A stretch of 32,000 nucleotides of DNA from Candidatus Methylomirabilis limnetica (GTDB taxonomy: Bacteria > Methylomirabilota > Methylomirabilia > Methylomirabilales > Methylomirabilaceae), in NCBI RefSeq assembly GCF_003044035.1, contig NZ_NVQC01000040.1:1-32000 (forward strand). Reading direction: 5' to 3'. Shown here piece after piece: positions 16,560 to 25,945 of the stretch. The notes beneath the pieces are model-generated. The model searched no databases. It saw nothing but the letters and a program-made list of their open reading frames with translations, and was not told the DNA's origin. The position numbers and the translations under genes were made by a program. Every line of letters starts with the position of its first letter. Position 1 is the stretch's first letter.

Positions 16560-17804
16560 TCACATCCCGAACTTGTGTGCCCGATTGGTAAAAAAGATCC
16601 CGGAGGGATGATCCGCCGGGAACTCCTTCAACACCGTAAAGGTCGCCGTATCGTAGACAACCACTTTGCCGCCGTCCATGAGAGAGACGTATGCAGCCTC
16701 TCCCTTGGGCGTGAACTGCGGGTGTGTGGCCCCTGGCCCGGGATTGAGCGTCTTGACAACCTTCATGCTGTCAACGTCAATGACATCGATCAGGTCCCCG
16801 TTTTTGCCAATAATGTCCACCCAGACCTGCCGTCCGTCAGGCCGCACTACGGTGTACAGCGCGGTGCCGCTGATCGGTATGGGCGTAAGCGGCGTCCAGT
16901 CGAGCGATGAATACACCAAGGCAACCTCACGCTTGAGCGCAGGAAGAAAAGCCAGCCTTCCAGTAAGAGCCCAGCCTTTGAGGTGTGGAATCTTCCACAG
17001 CGGAACCTCGGGACCTTTACCTTGCTCGGCAAGGATCGGAGCGACCCGCTCGAGCTTCCACGTGTCGAGGAGTCCCATCCAGTTCGAGTCCAAAAAACCC
17101 GCGAGGTAGTAGCGCCCGTCCGGACTTATCAGAGCGTCGTAGGGTGTCTTCCCAACATCGGTGAACTTGCGGATGACCGGAAACTCTTTTTTCCCCGCAT
17201 CCACAACCCATACACTGTTGGCGTCCATCAGGGAAAACACAAGCAGATTCCCTGGCGCGTCGACTAACCCCGCTACCCGTGACGGAACCTCCTTTCCGCT
17301 CGCATCCGTGTGCAGTGCCGGGATCGTCTTCACCAGCTCTAGCGTGCCGGCATCCAGAATGCGCACCTCGCCGGGAATGTAATTGCTGAGCGCCACGTAC
17401 TTGCCATCCTGGCTGATGACGCCGCCGACGGACAATCCCCCTGCGTTCACCTGCTTGACGAGCTTGAGAGTCAAGAGGTCAATCTTCGATACCTGGGCCT
17501 CGCGACCGATGACGTAGGCATAGCGTGCATCCGGGGAAAATTTCACCGTCGCATGGGTGAGGTTTCCGAGCCCGGAAATCCGCCCCAGAAGCTCGTGGCG
17601 GGAGGAGTCGATGACAAGGACACTACCGGCCAGTCGCTCGACGACGACCACCAACGACGCCGTGCCCCAACGCGGGTCATTGGCGCTCGATTGTATAGCA
17701 AGCCGAGAGCAACTCGATAGTAATGGCAAGCCGAGAATAAGGAGAAAGAGAAAGGCCTTAGTGGACCGAGGTGAGCGTGACGGCACGACCGTTCTCCTTT
17801 CCAT
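16560..17804 (-). CDS. nirF: NirF, cd1-like beta-propeller haem d1 biosynthesis protein (lipoprotein)
   Basis: Homologous to the d1 domain of NirS but has no CXXCH. Lipobox LLSSC. The GTG at 17786 has AAGGAG 7 nt upstream and may be the true start. Overlaps the nirJ 3' end. Confidence 0.85.
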   Translation of the reverse strand: MERRTVVPSRSPRSTKAFLFLLILGLPLLSSCSRLAIQSSANDPRWGTASLVVVVERLAGSVLVIDSSRHELLGRISGLGNLTHATVKFSPDARYAYVIGREAQVSKIDLLTLKLVKQVNAGGLSVGGVISQDGKYVALSNYIPGEVRILDAGTLELVKTIPALHTDASGKEVPSRVAGLVDAPGNLLVFSLMDANSVWVVDAGKKEFPVIRKFTDVGKTPYDALISPDGRYYLAGFLDSNWMGLLDTWKLERVAPILAEQGKGPEVPLWKIPHLKGWALTGRLAFLPALKREVALVYSSLDWTPLTPIPISGTALYTVVRPDGRQVWVDIIGKNGDLIDVIDVDSMKVVKTLNPGPGATHPQFTPKGEAAYVSLMDGGKVVVYDTATFTVLKEFPADHPSGIFFTNRAHKFGM

Positions 17805-18972
17805 CTGATGAGATCCCCAACTCCTCGTCGCTCAGGTAGCAGCCCGGATCGGAAGCCCACTGGTCCCCGGTCGTTGCCTCCGCTCTTACCCTTGAATTGC
17901 CACCGCAAAGCTCAAGATGCGGACAGCGAGCGCAGCGGCCCTTGAGGGCGCGGCTGCGATCTTTAAGCACACGCATTACCGGATCGGCGGTATCTTCCCA
18001 GATCGCCGCAAAACTCCTCTCGCGGACATTGCCGAAGGAGTAATGGCTCCAAAAAGGATCAGCATGGACGTTTCCGAGGCTATCGATGTTTGCCAGCGAG
18101 GTGCCGGAACTATTCCCTCCTTGACGTTTCAGGAGACGGAGAATCGATTGCGCCCGCACAGGATCGGACCGTCGCATCTTCAAGTAGACGTAGACGCCAT
18201 CGGCATCGTTATTGCCGGTGGTCACTTCGATCTTTACGCCGCGGCGATGAAAATCCACAGCCCTTTGCATGAGATAATCGAGCGCGCCTTGCTTTTCCTC
18301 AGGCAGAAGATCGTCATGGACGAGTCCTGCGCCCCGTCCCGCATAGACCAGGTGCGAAAAGTAGAGGCGGTCCAGTTTCTCATTCTCTGCCATGTCAAAG
18401 ATCGCCGGAAGATCGGGGAGTATCCGGCGGCAAAGAGCGGTCCGAATACCAACTTTTATCCCTTCATCGCGAGAGAGGCGTAGCCCTTGTAGTGCCAGAG
18501 CAAATGAGCCTTGCATTCCGCGAAAGCGATCGTGTACTTGCCCGATTCCATCCAGACTCACGCCAACGTAGGTAATGCCGGCAAGCCGCAGTCTCTTCGC
18601 CGCCGTGGCGTCTATCAATGTACCGTTCGTTGACAGCGCGCAACGCACCCCCAGATCTTGGGCGTACTCAGCGAGCGTGTAGAGATCTTCCCGATATAAA
18701 GGATCTCCGCCGGAAAGGACGACCACCGGAATCCTATAGCGACCCAGATCAGCAATCAGCCGCTTTCCTTCATCAGTCGTCAGCTCATCGGCGTAGGCGC
18801 GGTCCTGCGATTGGCTGTAGCAGTGCAAGCAATGCAGGTTACAGCGCCGCGTCATGTTCCAGATGACCACCGGATTTTGGGCAGAGGGCGTTAAAGACGA
18901 CCCCTCTTTCTGCCTCGAGGGTGTCTCAGGGTCCTGATCCGACCCGCACAATAGTTCCGTGATCCTCAGCAT
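17758..18972 (-). CDS. nirJ: Radical SAM haem d1 biosynthesis protein NirJ
   Basis: CNLHCLHC (CX3CX2C) radical SAM motif. C-terminal Cys cluster CARCPHLELCGG. Position between nirS and nirF. Confidence 0.9.
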   Translation of the reverse strand: MLRITELLCGSDQDPETPSRQKEGSSLTPSAQNPVVIWNMTRRCNLHCLHCYSQSQDRAYADELTTDEGKRLIADLGRYRIPVVVLSGGDPLYREDLYTLAEYAQDLGVRCALSTNGTLIDATAAKRLRLAGITYVGVSLDGIGQVHDRFRGMQGSFALALQGLRLSRDEGIKVGIRTALCRRILPDLPAIFDMAENEKLDRLYFSHLVYAGRGAGLVHDDLLPEEKQGALDYLMQRAVDFHRRGVKIEVTTGNNDADGVYVYLKMRRSDPVRAQSILRLLKRQGGNSSGTSLANIDSLGNVHADPFWSHYSFGNVRERSFAAIWEDTADPVMRVLKDRSRALKGRCARCPHLELCGGNSRVRAEATTGDQWASDPGCYLSDEELGISSDGKENGRAVTLTSVH

Positions 18973-19019
18973 CGTCGATGATCCAGAGCCTCAGCCCGCA
19001 CCGTTGATCAACCCAGAGG

Positions 19020-19175
19020 GTAACTACTCAGGTAGATAGGCTGAAGGCTTTTAGGGGTAAGCCATGCGTGATCATACAAAACTCCGAAAAGGTCTTGAGT
19101 GGCTCGATTCGTGCCTTGCGAGATAATTTAGAACCTTCAGTCTTCAGCCTTCAGTCTAAACACCTGAGTAGTTAC
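19020..19175 (+). mobile_element. MITE-like hairpin-ended miniature element, copy 2 (156 bp), in the nirS-nirJ spacer
   Basis: Termini GTAACTACTCAGGT / ACCTGAGTAGTTAC. Flanks CCCAGAGG (19012-19019) and CCCGGAGG (19176-19183). Core nearly identical to copy 1. Heptamer arms are unequal (10 nt left, 24 nt right). Confidence 0.7.
19064..19126 (+). CDS. Candidate 20-aa micro-ORF inside MITE copy 2 (MRDHTKLRKGLEWLDSCLAR)
   Basis: Same frame, length and stop as 948-1010, with AGGGG upstream. Confidence 0.25.
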   Translation: MRDHTKLRKGLEWLDSCLAR

Positions 19176-19205
19176 CCCGGAGGAAACATCATAACACGTA
19201 ATAGA

Positions 19206-19239
19206 CTACGGGGCGAGCCTTGAAGGGCTCGCCCCGTAG
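19206..19239 (-). terminator. Strong GC hairpin 27 nt after the nirS stop (terminator/attenuator)
   Basis: Perfect 14-bp stem CTACGGGGCGAGCC / GGCTCGCCCCGTAG, 6-nt loop. On the minus strand it is followed by U-rich GUCUAUUACGUGUUAUGAUGUUU. Confidence 0.55.
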
Positions 19240-19266
19240 GTCCTGCTCTCCGTGCATCAGCCCAGA

Positions 19267-20904
19267 TTAGTAAATATCGTGCACCGTATTGTAGACGTTA
19301 AACTTGCCTGTCGGCGTTACAATGCGCGGATCATCGATCCTCGCTACTTCTTGAAGCGTCTTATCATTATAGACGACGATCTCGCTCTTACCGTCTTTCT
19401 TCCCCCACACGCTTATCCATACCTCGTCCCCGGCCTTGTTGAACTCGAAATGGACCGCGCGCCCTTTGTCCGAAACCTTCCAGCACTTCGGATCTTTGTC
19501 CATGTTCGCTTTCTCGAAGACGCAGACTTGCTTTTGAATTGCCGGGTCACCGTTCAGGGCGTGGTCTACCCAGACATTTTTGCTCTTCGGGTGCGTCTTG
19601 ATAAACAGGCCGCCGCCTCCCAGGGTCTTGAGCTCCCTCACCTTTTTCCAAGCAGACTCCTTGTGCTTGGCCGGATCGGTTCCGTAGACAGTGACCTTGC
19701 CTTCGCCGAGATGCGGTGTGCCATTGACCGGACCGAATTTCGGATCGATCCAGTTGGCGCCACGCCCCGGATGAGGCTTGATTCCGGTTTCGAAGATCGC
19801 CTCCAGTTTTCCTTTCTCGACGTCGATCACGACCATCTTGTTCGCCATGTTAGCCGCTACCATGAAGTAGCGTTTGGTGCTGTCCCAGCCGCCGTCGTGC
19901 AGAAACTTCTCGCTTTCGATCTGGGTCATTTTGAGGTTCTTGAGATCCGAGTAATCGAAGAGCCAGACAAGCCCGGTCTCCTTGATGTTAATAACCCACT
20001 CGGGCTTGAAGTGCGACGCCACAATCGAGGCGACCCGAGGCTCGGGGTGGTACTCCTGGGCATCATAGGTGTTGCTCCGGCTGCTGACGACCTTCAATGG
20101 TTCCAGCGTCTGGCCGTCCAACACGATGATCTGCGGCGGCCAATAGCAGCCAATGACAGCGAGCTTGTCGGTGAAGTCACCGAGTTTTCCTTTATACTTG
20201 CTCGTGTCGATGGAGCGCGCATCGCTGCATGGCTTCACCTCCGCGATCTTATCCGGAACTTTCATCCACAGATCGATCATCGTCGCTCGGCCATCGCGGC
20301 CGATGGTGTACATGTAGCGCCCTGAAAAGGAACTGCGCGAGATATGTACCGCATAGCCGGTCTTGACAATGTTGACGATCTCCTTGGTGTCGCCGTCGAT
20401 TATCGCCACCTGGCCGGCATCACGGAGGGTCACGGCGAAAAAGTTCTTCCAGTCACGGTTATGTTCGGGCTTTGTGGGTCGCTGGTCTACCGGCACGGTC
20501 AGCTTCCAACTTTTCTTCATCTCCGCCATGCCGAGCTCGGGCGGTACGGGCGGGTCGTGCTGGATGTAGCGGGCCATCAGGTCGCTTTCGGCGTCCGAGA
20601 GAGTTCCTTGCCGACCCCAGTCCGGCATGCCGCCTCCCGTACCGTTCACGATGAACGCCTTCAGAACAGGAGTTGTTAAGGCACGGGTTTTCGCAGGCAG
20701 AAGGTTCGCGCCCGTCGCGCCTTTTCTTAAGACCCCGTGACAGCCCGCGCACCGATCAAAATAGATGCGCTTAGCCGTCTCAAGCTCACCCGCCGCCAGA
20801 GGTGGAAGCGGCGGAAGCTCCGGTGCCGCAGGTGCCTGCTGAGCCTGAGCCGGAACGATCCATAGCAACAGGGCTAATACCGCCAACATCGCCTTCCTCA
20901 CCAT
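19267..20904 (-). CDS. nirS: Cytochrome cd1 nitrite reductase NirS
   Basis: Signal peptide MVRKAMLAVLALLLWIVPAQA. Haem c motif CAGCHG. d1 beta-propeller. AAGGAG 6 nt upstream of ATG 20904. The longer ORF to 20976 lacks an SD. Confidence 0.95.
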   Translation of the reverse strand: MVRKAMLAVLALLLWIVPAQAQQAPAAPELPPLPPLAAGELETAKRIYFDRCAGCHGVLRKGATGANLLPAKTRALTTPVLKAFIVNGTGGGMPDWGRQGTLSDAESDLMARYIQHDPPVPPELGMAEMKKSWKLTVPVDQRPTKPEHNRDWKNFFAVTLRDAGQVAIIDGDTKEIVNIVKTGYAVHISRSSFSGRYMYTIGRDGRATMIDLWMKVPDKIAEVKPCSDARSIDTSKYKGKLGDFTDKLAVIGCYWPPQIIVLDGQTLEPLKVVSSRSNTYDAQEYHPEPRVASIVASHFKPEWVINIKETGLVWLFDYSDLKNLKMTQIESEKFLHDGGWDSTKRYFMVAANMANKMVVIDVEKGKLEAIFETGIKPHPGRGANWIDPKFGPVNGTPHLGEGKVTVYGTDPAKHKESAWKKVRELKTLGGGGLFIKTHPKSKNVWVDHALNGDPAIQKQVCVFEKANMDKDPKCWKVSDKGRAVHFEFNKAGDEVWISVWGKKDGKSEIVVYNDKTLQEVARIDDPRIVTPTGKFNVYNTVHDIY

Positions 20905-21296
20905 GTACTTCTCCTTTTGTTGAATGATGTCCCCGAGACTTTCATGGTTAGCGCTCTCTGATAAGGCATTAATCATGCTCTAGAGTCTACCGCCAGGCCT
21001 TTAGAATGCTAAGCAGTGCGTTTCGGTGTCTCATTATATCTCTCACCGCACTACCAAGCACGACGCGCGCTCTTGATGCGGGGCTATATCGCTTGCCACT
21101 ATCGCTCGGCCTGCACCATCCTGTCAAGAGTTTTCTTCAGCCCCCCCGTGTCGTGCCACCCGAGCCTGGCGTGTACCGCGCAACGGGGCGTGTTGCACAT
21201 TTCAGTTGAAGCGGCATCGGCGGCAATGGTAGTGTACTCGCAGGACGGCACGCCCACTTCGGGATGGCCGCATACGGATGAACGCGGAGAGACGAG

Positions 21297-22394
21297 ATGT
21301 TTCAGACCATTGAATGGACACCAGAGGGCGCCGTCCGGCTTCTGGATCAGCGTCGGTTGCCGGCGGAAGAGGTGTATGTCGAGTGTCGCGATGTGGCGGC
21401 CGTCGCACACGCGATCCGGACCATGCAGATCCGCGGGGCTCCGGCGATCGGCGTGGCCGGCGCGATGGGCCTGGCATTAGCGGCGCAGACCATTCGTGCG
21501 ACGTGTTTTGAGGCATTCTACGCGGAGTTGTTGCGCCAGGGCGAGGTGCTGCACAGGACCCGCCCCACTGCCGTGAACCTGGCGTGGGGGATCGAGCGGA
21601 TGCAGCGATGTGCGGCCGCACACAAGGCCCTCCCGGTGGCCGAGATCGTCCAGGCCCTCATCCGGGAGGCACAACAGATCCGGGAGGAGGACATCCTGGG
21701 CAACCGGGCGATCGGCGCGTATGGCCGAGGACTCATCCCCGATGGCGCCACCGTGCTCACCCACTGTAACGCCGGCGCCTTGGCCACCGCGGGCTACGGG
21801 ACCGCCCTGGGGGTCATCCGCGCGGCGCACGCGGCCGGCACCCGGCTGTCCGTGTGGGCCGGCGAGACGCGACCGTTTCTGCAGGGCGCCCGGCTGACCG
21901 CCTGGGAGTTGCAACAGGATGGCATTGCGGTCACGCTCATCACCGATAATATGACCGGCCACCTGATGCAGCGTGGGCAGATCGATCTCGTCATCGTTGG
22001 GGCCGACCGGATCGCCCGCAATGGCGACGTGGCGAACAAGATCGGGACCTACACCCTGGCTGTCCTGGCGCAGGCACACGGGCTTCCGTTCTATGTCGCG
22101 GCCCCCCTGTCCACCCTGGACCTATCGCTTGGCGACGGCATGGCGATCCCGATCGAGGAGCGCGATCCCGAGGAGGTAACCAGTTGGGCGGGCGTCAGGA
22201 CTGCGCCGGTTGGGGTCCGGGCGCACAATCCCGTCTTCGACATGACGCCTCACCGGTACATCACCGCCATCATAACCGATCGGGGGGTGGTACGGCCCCC
22301 GTACGATACGGGCCTGGCCGCTCTGGCCGGCCAGAGCGTCGTAACATCTACAGCGTCATTGCGTGATAGCGTCAAATCCACACATACGCCATAG
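21297..22394 (+). CDS. mtnA: S-methyl-5-thioribose-1-phosphate isomerase MtnA
   Basis: eIF-2B alpha/beta/delta-like family. [39 protein letters not shown]. Confidence 0.9.
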   Translation: MFQTIEWTPEGAVRLLDQRRLPAEEVYVECRDVAAVAHAIRTMQIRGAPAIGVAGAMGLALAAQTIRATCFEAFYAELLRQGEVLHRTRPTAVNLAWGIERMQRCAAAHKALPVAEIVQALIREAQQIREEDILGNRAIGAYGRGLIPDGATVLTHCNAGALATAGYGTALGVIRAAHAAGTRLSVWAGETRPFLQGARLTAWELQQDGIAVTLITDNMTGHLMQRGQIDLVIVGADRIARNGDVANKIGTYTLAVLAQAHGLPFYVAAPLSTLDLSLGDGMAIPIEERDPEEVTSWAGVRTAPVGVRAHNPVFDMTPHRYITAIITDRGVVRPPYDTGLAALAGQSVVTSTASLRDSVKSTHTP

Positions 22395-22404
22395 ATGTTG
22401 CATA

Positions 22405-22447
22405 CAATAGACGCAATAGACGCCGCCCGCAATGGACGCAATAGACG
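22405..22447. repeat. 9-mer repeat cluster at the mtnA/slt junction
   Basis: CAATAGACG x2, CCGCCCG, CAATGGACG, CAATAGACG. Same family as 9309-9335. Confidence 0.6.
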
Positions 22448-22469
22448 CCGCAGATGTACGCCTGCGGGC

Positions 22470-24686
22470 ATGACGGTGATGCTGATGCTACTGCTGGCAC
22501 CGCTGCACGCCACCGCCTCGCCTGAAACGCCACCAACATCTCTGTGGCAGGAGGCGCTTACGCGCATCGGGACCCACGATTACCATGGCGCGGCGCCCCT
22601 GCTTGACGATCTGCGGCAACGCGATGGCTTCGCCAAAGCCCACGAGGCCAACTTCCTCCTGGGCGTGGTGCTGTACCGACAGAAGCAGTGGCAGGAGGCC
22701 GCCGACGCATTGGAGGTGGCCGCAACGCAGGTGCCTGTACTTGGGGATTATGCCCTGTACTACGCCGCATCAGCCTATCAGACCCTTGGCCTGAACTCTC
22801 GGGCGCTGGCTGTACTGTCGCGCCTGCTTCACGAGCATCCGGGGAGCCTGCTCACCGAGCGAGCTCGACAAGAGCGCGCACGGCTTTATTCCGACGCTAA
22901 CCAACTCGCGCAGGCTGAGGAGGCGTACCGGGATTACCTGGCCCACGCCTCAGGCGAGGCGAGGCGACGGGAAGCGCAACTCGCGCTGGCAGAGATTGCC
23001 GTCAAGGCGGATAAGCGCCGGGAGGCCGAAGCACTGCTACGCGAGCTGTGGCTCAAGTGGCCGGCGAGCCGGGAGGCGGCTCGAGCCGGCGAACTCCTGG
23101 CCTCAATGGCAGAAGTACCACCCTTCACCCTTGATGAGCAGTTCGATCGGGCGCTCAGTCTGTACCGTAGCAGCCAGTACGCCCAGGCAATTACCGCGTT
23201 CACACCCTTCTTGCCTGTCCCCGACCCCGATCGGGGAAGCGATGGCTCGCCCCCTCTCGACAGAGCGCGGGACAGGTTTGCCTCTCGCGCAAGGCTCTGG
23301 AGCGGCGTCAGTTACTTTCACCGCCGGGACTACAGCCGAGCCATCAGCCTCCTGTCGCCTCTGGGTCAGGACCACTCCCTTCATTCGGCGGAAGCGCTGT
23401 ACTGGACCGGGCGAAGCCATGTCAGAGTTAACGACAGCGAAAAAGCCATCACAACGTGGACCCGCCTGGTCGACGCCTATCCGAATAGTCCCTTTAGCGC
23501 CGAGTCACTCTACCTGATGGCGCTCCAGTACAGTGACGATGGCAAACCGAAACGGGCTGTACGGGCTCTCACCAGGCTCCTCAGGGACCACCCGTCTAGC
23601 CAGTTCGCCGACGCCGCCCTCTGGACTCGGGCCTGGATCCATTATCGACAGTCGGCTCTTACGGAGGCACTTGCTGATCTGCAACGACTGCACGCGAGGG
23701 GTGCGTCAGCCTCGCGGTTTCAGGTGCAAGCTCTCTATTGGCAGGGCCGGGTCCTTGAAGGTCTGAAAAAGAGGGGGAAGGCTGTAGCGGCGTACCGAGG
23801 GCTACTCAGTACCCACAAGAACGAGGACTATTACGTCGAACAGACGCGTCTGCGCCTGAAGACGCTGGAGCCACAGTCTGCGCGTGCCCTCGCGCTCGCC
23901 ACGCCAAGCGAGCCTTCAGGGGTCAGTGGTCAGGGGTTAGCCGTTCCTGTACCCTGTACCCTATCCCCTCAACCCTGTTCTTCCGAGGTGGCCAAAGCCA
24001 GACTGCTCAAGGATCTGAACCTGCGGGAGGAGGCATCAGAGGAGTTCTGGGCCCTCGCAGGGCGGTCTGCGGAAGACCGCGGACTCTTATACGAGGCCTG
24101 TAGCGCGTTGCTCGACTTGGGTTATCTCGATAAGAGTGTGGCGATCGCGAAGCGCCTCCTTCGTCCGCTGTATGCCCACAGTCGGCCCGCGGGGCCGGTG
24201 CCGAGATATTGGGAGTTCCTCTACCCGCTCGGATATTGGGATCTGGTACGGGGGCAGAGCGCGCAGTATACCCTTGATCCATACCTGGTTGTTGCGCTGA
24301 TTCGGGAGGAGAGCGCGTTTAGCGAACGGGTAGTGTCGTCTTCCGGGGCTGTTGGGCTGATGCAACTGCTCCCCACAACCGCCAATTACATGGCCAATGC
24401 GAAAGGCAGCTCTGGGGATCCGACGAAGCTCGACACGCCGGCCAATAATATTGCGCTTGGCACTCGATACCTGGCGATGATGCTCGATGAGTTCAAGGGC
24501 AACTGGGCCAGGGCCTTAGCCGCATACAATGCTGGGCCAAACCAGGTGCGTCGCTGGTTGGGACGGTTGGGGGATCGCACTGATGACGAGTTCATTGAAG
24601 AGATCCCGTTCTCAGAGACGAGAGCGTATGTGAAGCGGGTCCTCGGAAGCTATTACCGCTATCGAGCGCAGTATAGTAAAGGATAG
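22470..24686 (+). CDS. slt: Soluble lytic murein transglycosylase (Slt70-like, TPR/superhelical N-domain + SLT domain)
   Basis: Signal-like MTVMLMLLLAPLHATASPE from ATG 22470. SLT motifs ESAFSERVVSSSGAVGLMQL and AYNAGP. The longest ORF begins at 22395 inside the 9-mer repeats. Confidence 0.85.
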   Translation: MTVMLMLLLAPLHATASPETPPTSLWQEALTRIGTHDYHGAAPLLDDLRQRDGFAKAHEANFLLGVVLYRQKQWQEAADALEVAATQVPVLGDYALYYAASAYQTLGLNSRALAVLSRLLHEHPGSLLTERARQERARLYSDANQLAQAEEAYRDYLAHASGEARRREAQLALAEIAVKADKRREAEALLRELWLKWPASREAARAGELLASMAEVPPFTLDEQFDRALSLYRSSQYAQAITAFTPFLPVPDPDRGSDGSPPLDRARDRFASRARLWSGVSYFHRRDYSRAISLLSPLGQDHSLHSAEALYWTGRSHVRVNDSEKAITTWTRLVDAYPNSPFSAESLYLMALQYSDDGKPKRAVRALTRLLRDHPSSQFADAALWTRAWIHYRQSALTEALADLQRLHARGASASRFQVQALYWQGRVLEGLKKRGKAVAAYRGLLSTHKNEDYYVEQTRLRLKTLEPQSARALALATPSEPSGVSGQGLAVPVPCTLSPQPCSSEVAKARLLKDLNLREEASEEFWALAGRSAEDRGLLYEACSALLDLGYLDKSVAIAKRLLRPLYAHSRPAGPVPRYWEFLYPLGYWDLVRGQSAQYTLDPYLVVALIREESAFSERVVSSSGAVGLMQLLPTTANYMANAKGSSGDPTKLDTPANNIALGTRYLAMMLDEFKGNWARALAAYNAGPNQVRRWLGRLGDRTDDEFIEEIPFSETRAYVKRVLGSYYRYRAQYSKG
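23921..23983 (+). repeat. Composite heptamer element inside slt (9 heptamers, 63 nt)
   Basis: GGTCAGT GGTCAGG GGTTAGC CGTTCCT GTACCCT GTACCCT ATCCCCT CAACCCT GTTCTTC. The last 35 nt match queA 10146-10180 at 30 of 35 positions. Confidence 0.7.
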
Positions 24687-24708
24687 GGTGGAGGGTGGAG
24701 GAAGGTGT
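24681..24708 (-). repeat. Partial ACCCT-type heptamer array at the slt/coaBC junction
   Basis: + strand GGATAGG GTGGAGG GTGGAGG AAGGTGT; the complement reads CCTCCAC CCTCCAC CCTATCC. Contains the slt stop TAG and the GTG at 24695. Confidence 0.45.
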
Positions 24709-24721
24709 GGACAACGGGCAA

Positions 24722-25945
24722 ATGACGCTACAGGGGAAACAGATCGTGCTGGGCGTGACCGGGAGTATCGCCGCCTATAAGGCCGTAGAGCTTGTGCGGG
24801 CGCTCACCACGGCGGGGGCCGGTGTTCGGGTCGTCATGACCGCCTCGGCCCAGCGCTTTGTGACCCCCCTGACGTTTGCCACCCTCTCGCGGCAGGCGGT
24901 AATGACCGACCGTGTGACCCTGGAGGACGAGACGACGATGCCGCACATCGCCACGGCGCATGAGGCCGACCTGCTCCTGGTCGCGCCTGCCACCGCCAAT
25001 ACCATCGCCAAGTTCGCTCAGGGGCTGGCCGACGATCTACTGAGCACCCTCTTCCTGGCGTGGACGCGGCCGGTTGTGCTTGCGCCCGCCATGGACGCGG
25101 CCATGTACCGCCACCCCGCCGTTCAAGAGAATCTGGCGCGATTGCAGGGCTGGGGGGTGCGACTTGTGGGTCCGGCGACTGGTGAGCTGGCCTCGGGCGT
25201 GTGGGGTCCCGGCCGTCTGTCCGAGATCGGCGAGATCGTGCAGGCCGTGACCGAGACGCTCTGTCCCGTACGCGACCTGTGCGGCGAGGTGATCCTGATC
25301 ACCGCCGGCCCGACGCGTGAGCCGATCGATCCGGTACGCTACCTCAGTACCCGCGCCTCCGGCAAGATGGGGTACGCCCTGGCAGAGGAAGCGGTGGCGC
25401 GAGGCGCGCGTACCATCCTGGTCAGTGGCCCGACCCACGTGAGCCCGCCTACGGGGGTCGAACTCATCCAGATCGAGACCGCCCTGCAGATGCGCACGGC
25501 TGTGCTGGACCGATTGGCCGAGGCTACGGTGGTGATCAAAGCAGCCGCGGTCAGCGATTATCGTGTCGCGCAGCCGGCTGACGCCAAGCTCTCGAAAGGC
25601 GAGGCGCCCCTGACGCTGGAACTGGTGCCTACTCCGGACATCCTTAAAGAGATTGGTGCTCAGAAGGGCGCACGGATTGTCGTCGGCTTCGCGGCCGAGA
25701 CCGGCGAGGTTGTGCGGCGGGCTCACCATAAGCTGATGGCCAAGCAGCTCGACCTGATCGTGGCGAACGACGTGAGCCAGGCCGGGGCCGGGTTCGCGTG
25801 CGACACCAATCTGGTGATCCTACTCGATCCGGCAGGGGGGGCTGAAGAGCTCCCACTGCTTCCCAAACGGCAGGTGGCGCGTCACATCCTCGACCGCGTG
25901 GTGGGCCTCCGGCAGCAGAAAAACAGGGTAGAGGGTGGAGGGTAG
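24722..25945 (+). CDS. coaBC: Bifunctional phosphopantothenoylcysteine decarboxylase / phosphopantothenate-cysteine ligase CoaBC
   Basis: Flavoprotein motif [11 protein letters not shown] near the N-terminus from ATG 24722. C-terminal CoaB domain ([25 protein letters not shown]). The GTG 24695 extension lies in the repeat. Confidence 0.93.
   Translation: MTLQGKQIVLGVTGSIAAYKAVELVRALTTAGAGVRVVMTASAQRFVTPLTFATLSRQAVMTDRVTLEDETTMPHIATAHEADLLLVAPATANTIAKFAQGLADDLLSTLFLAWTRPVVLAPAMDAAMYRHPAVQENLARLQGWGVRLVGPATGELASGVWGPGRLSEIGEIVQAVTETLCPVRDLCGEVILITAGPTREPIDPVRYLSTRASGKMGYALAEEAVARGARTILVSGPTHVSPPTGVELIQIETALQMRTAVLDRLAEATVVIKAAAVSDYRVAQPADAKLSKGEAPLTLELVPTPDILKEIGAQKGARIVVGFAAETGEVVRRAHHKLMAKQLDLIVANDVSQAGAGFACDTNLVILLDPAGGAEELPLLPKRQVARHILDRVVGLRQQKNRVEGGG

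Noticed and set aside
19252-20325. 357-aa + strand ORF
   Set aside because: It lies entirely antisense to nirS, whose identity is unambiguous. Long antisense ORFs are expected in GC-rich coding DNA.
20959-20975. TGATAAGGCATTAATCA upstream of nirS as a possible FNR/DNR/NnrR box
   Set aside because: The half-sites are separated by 9 nt instead of the 4 nt in TTGAT-N4-ATCAA. No better box was seen in 20905-21296.
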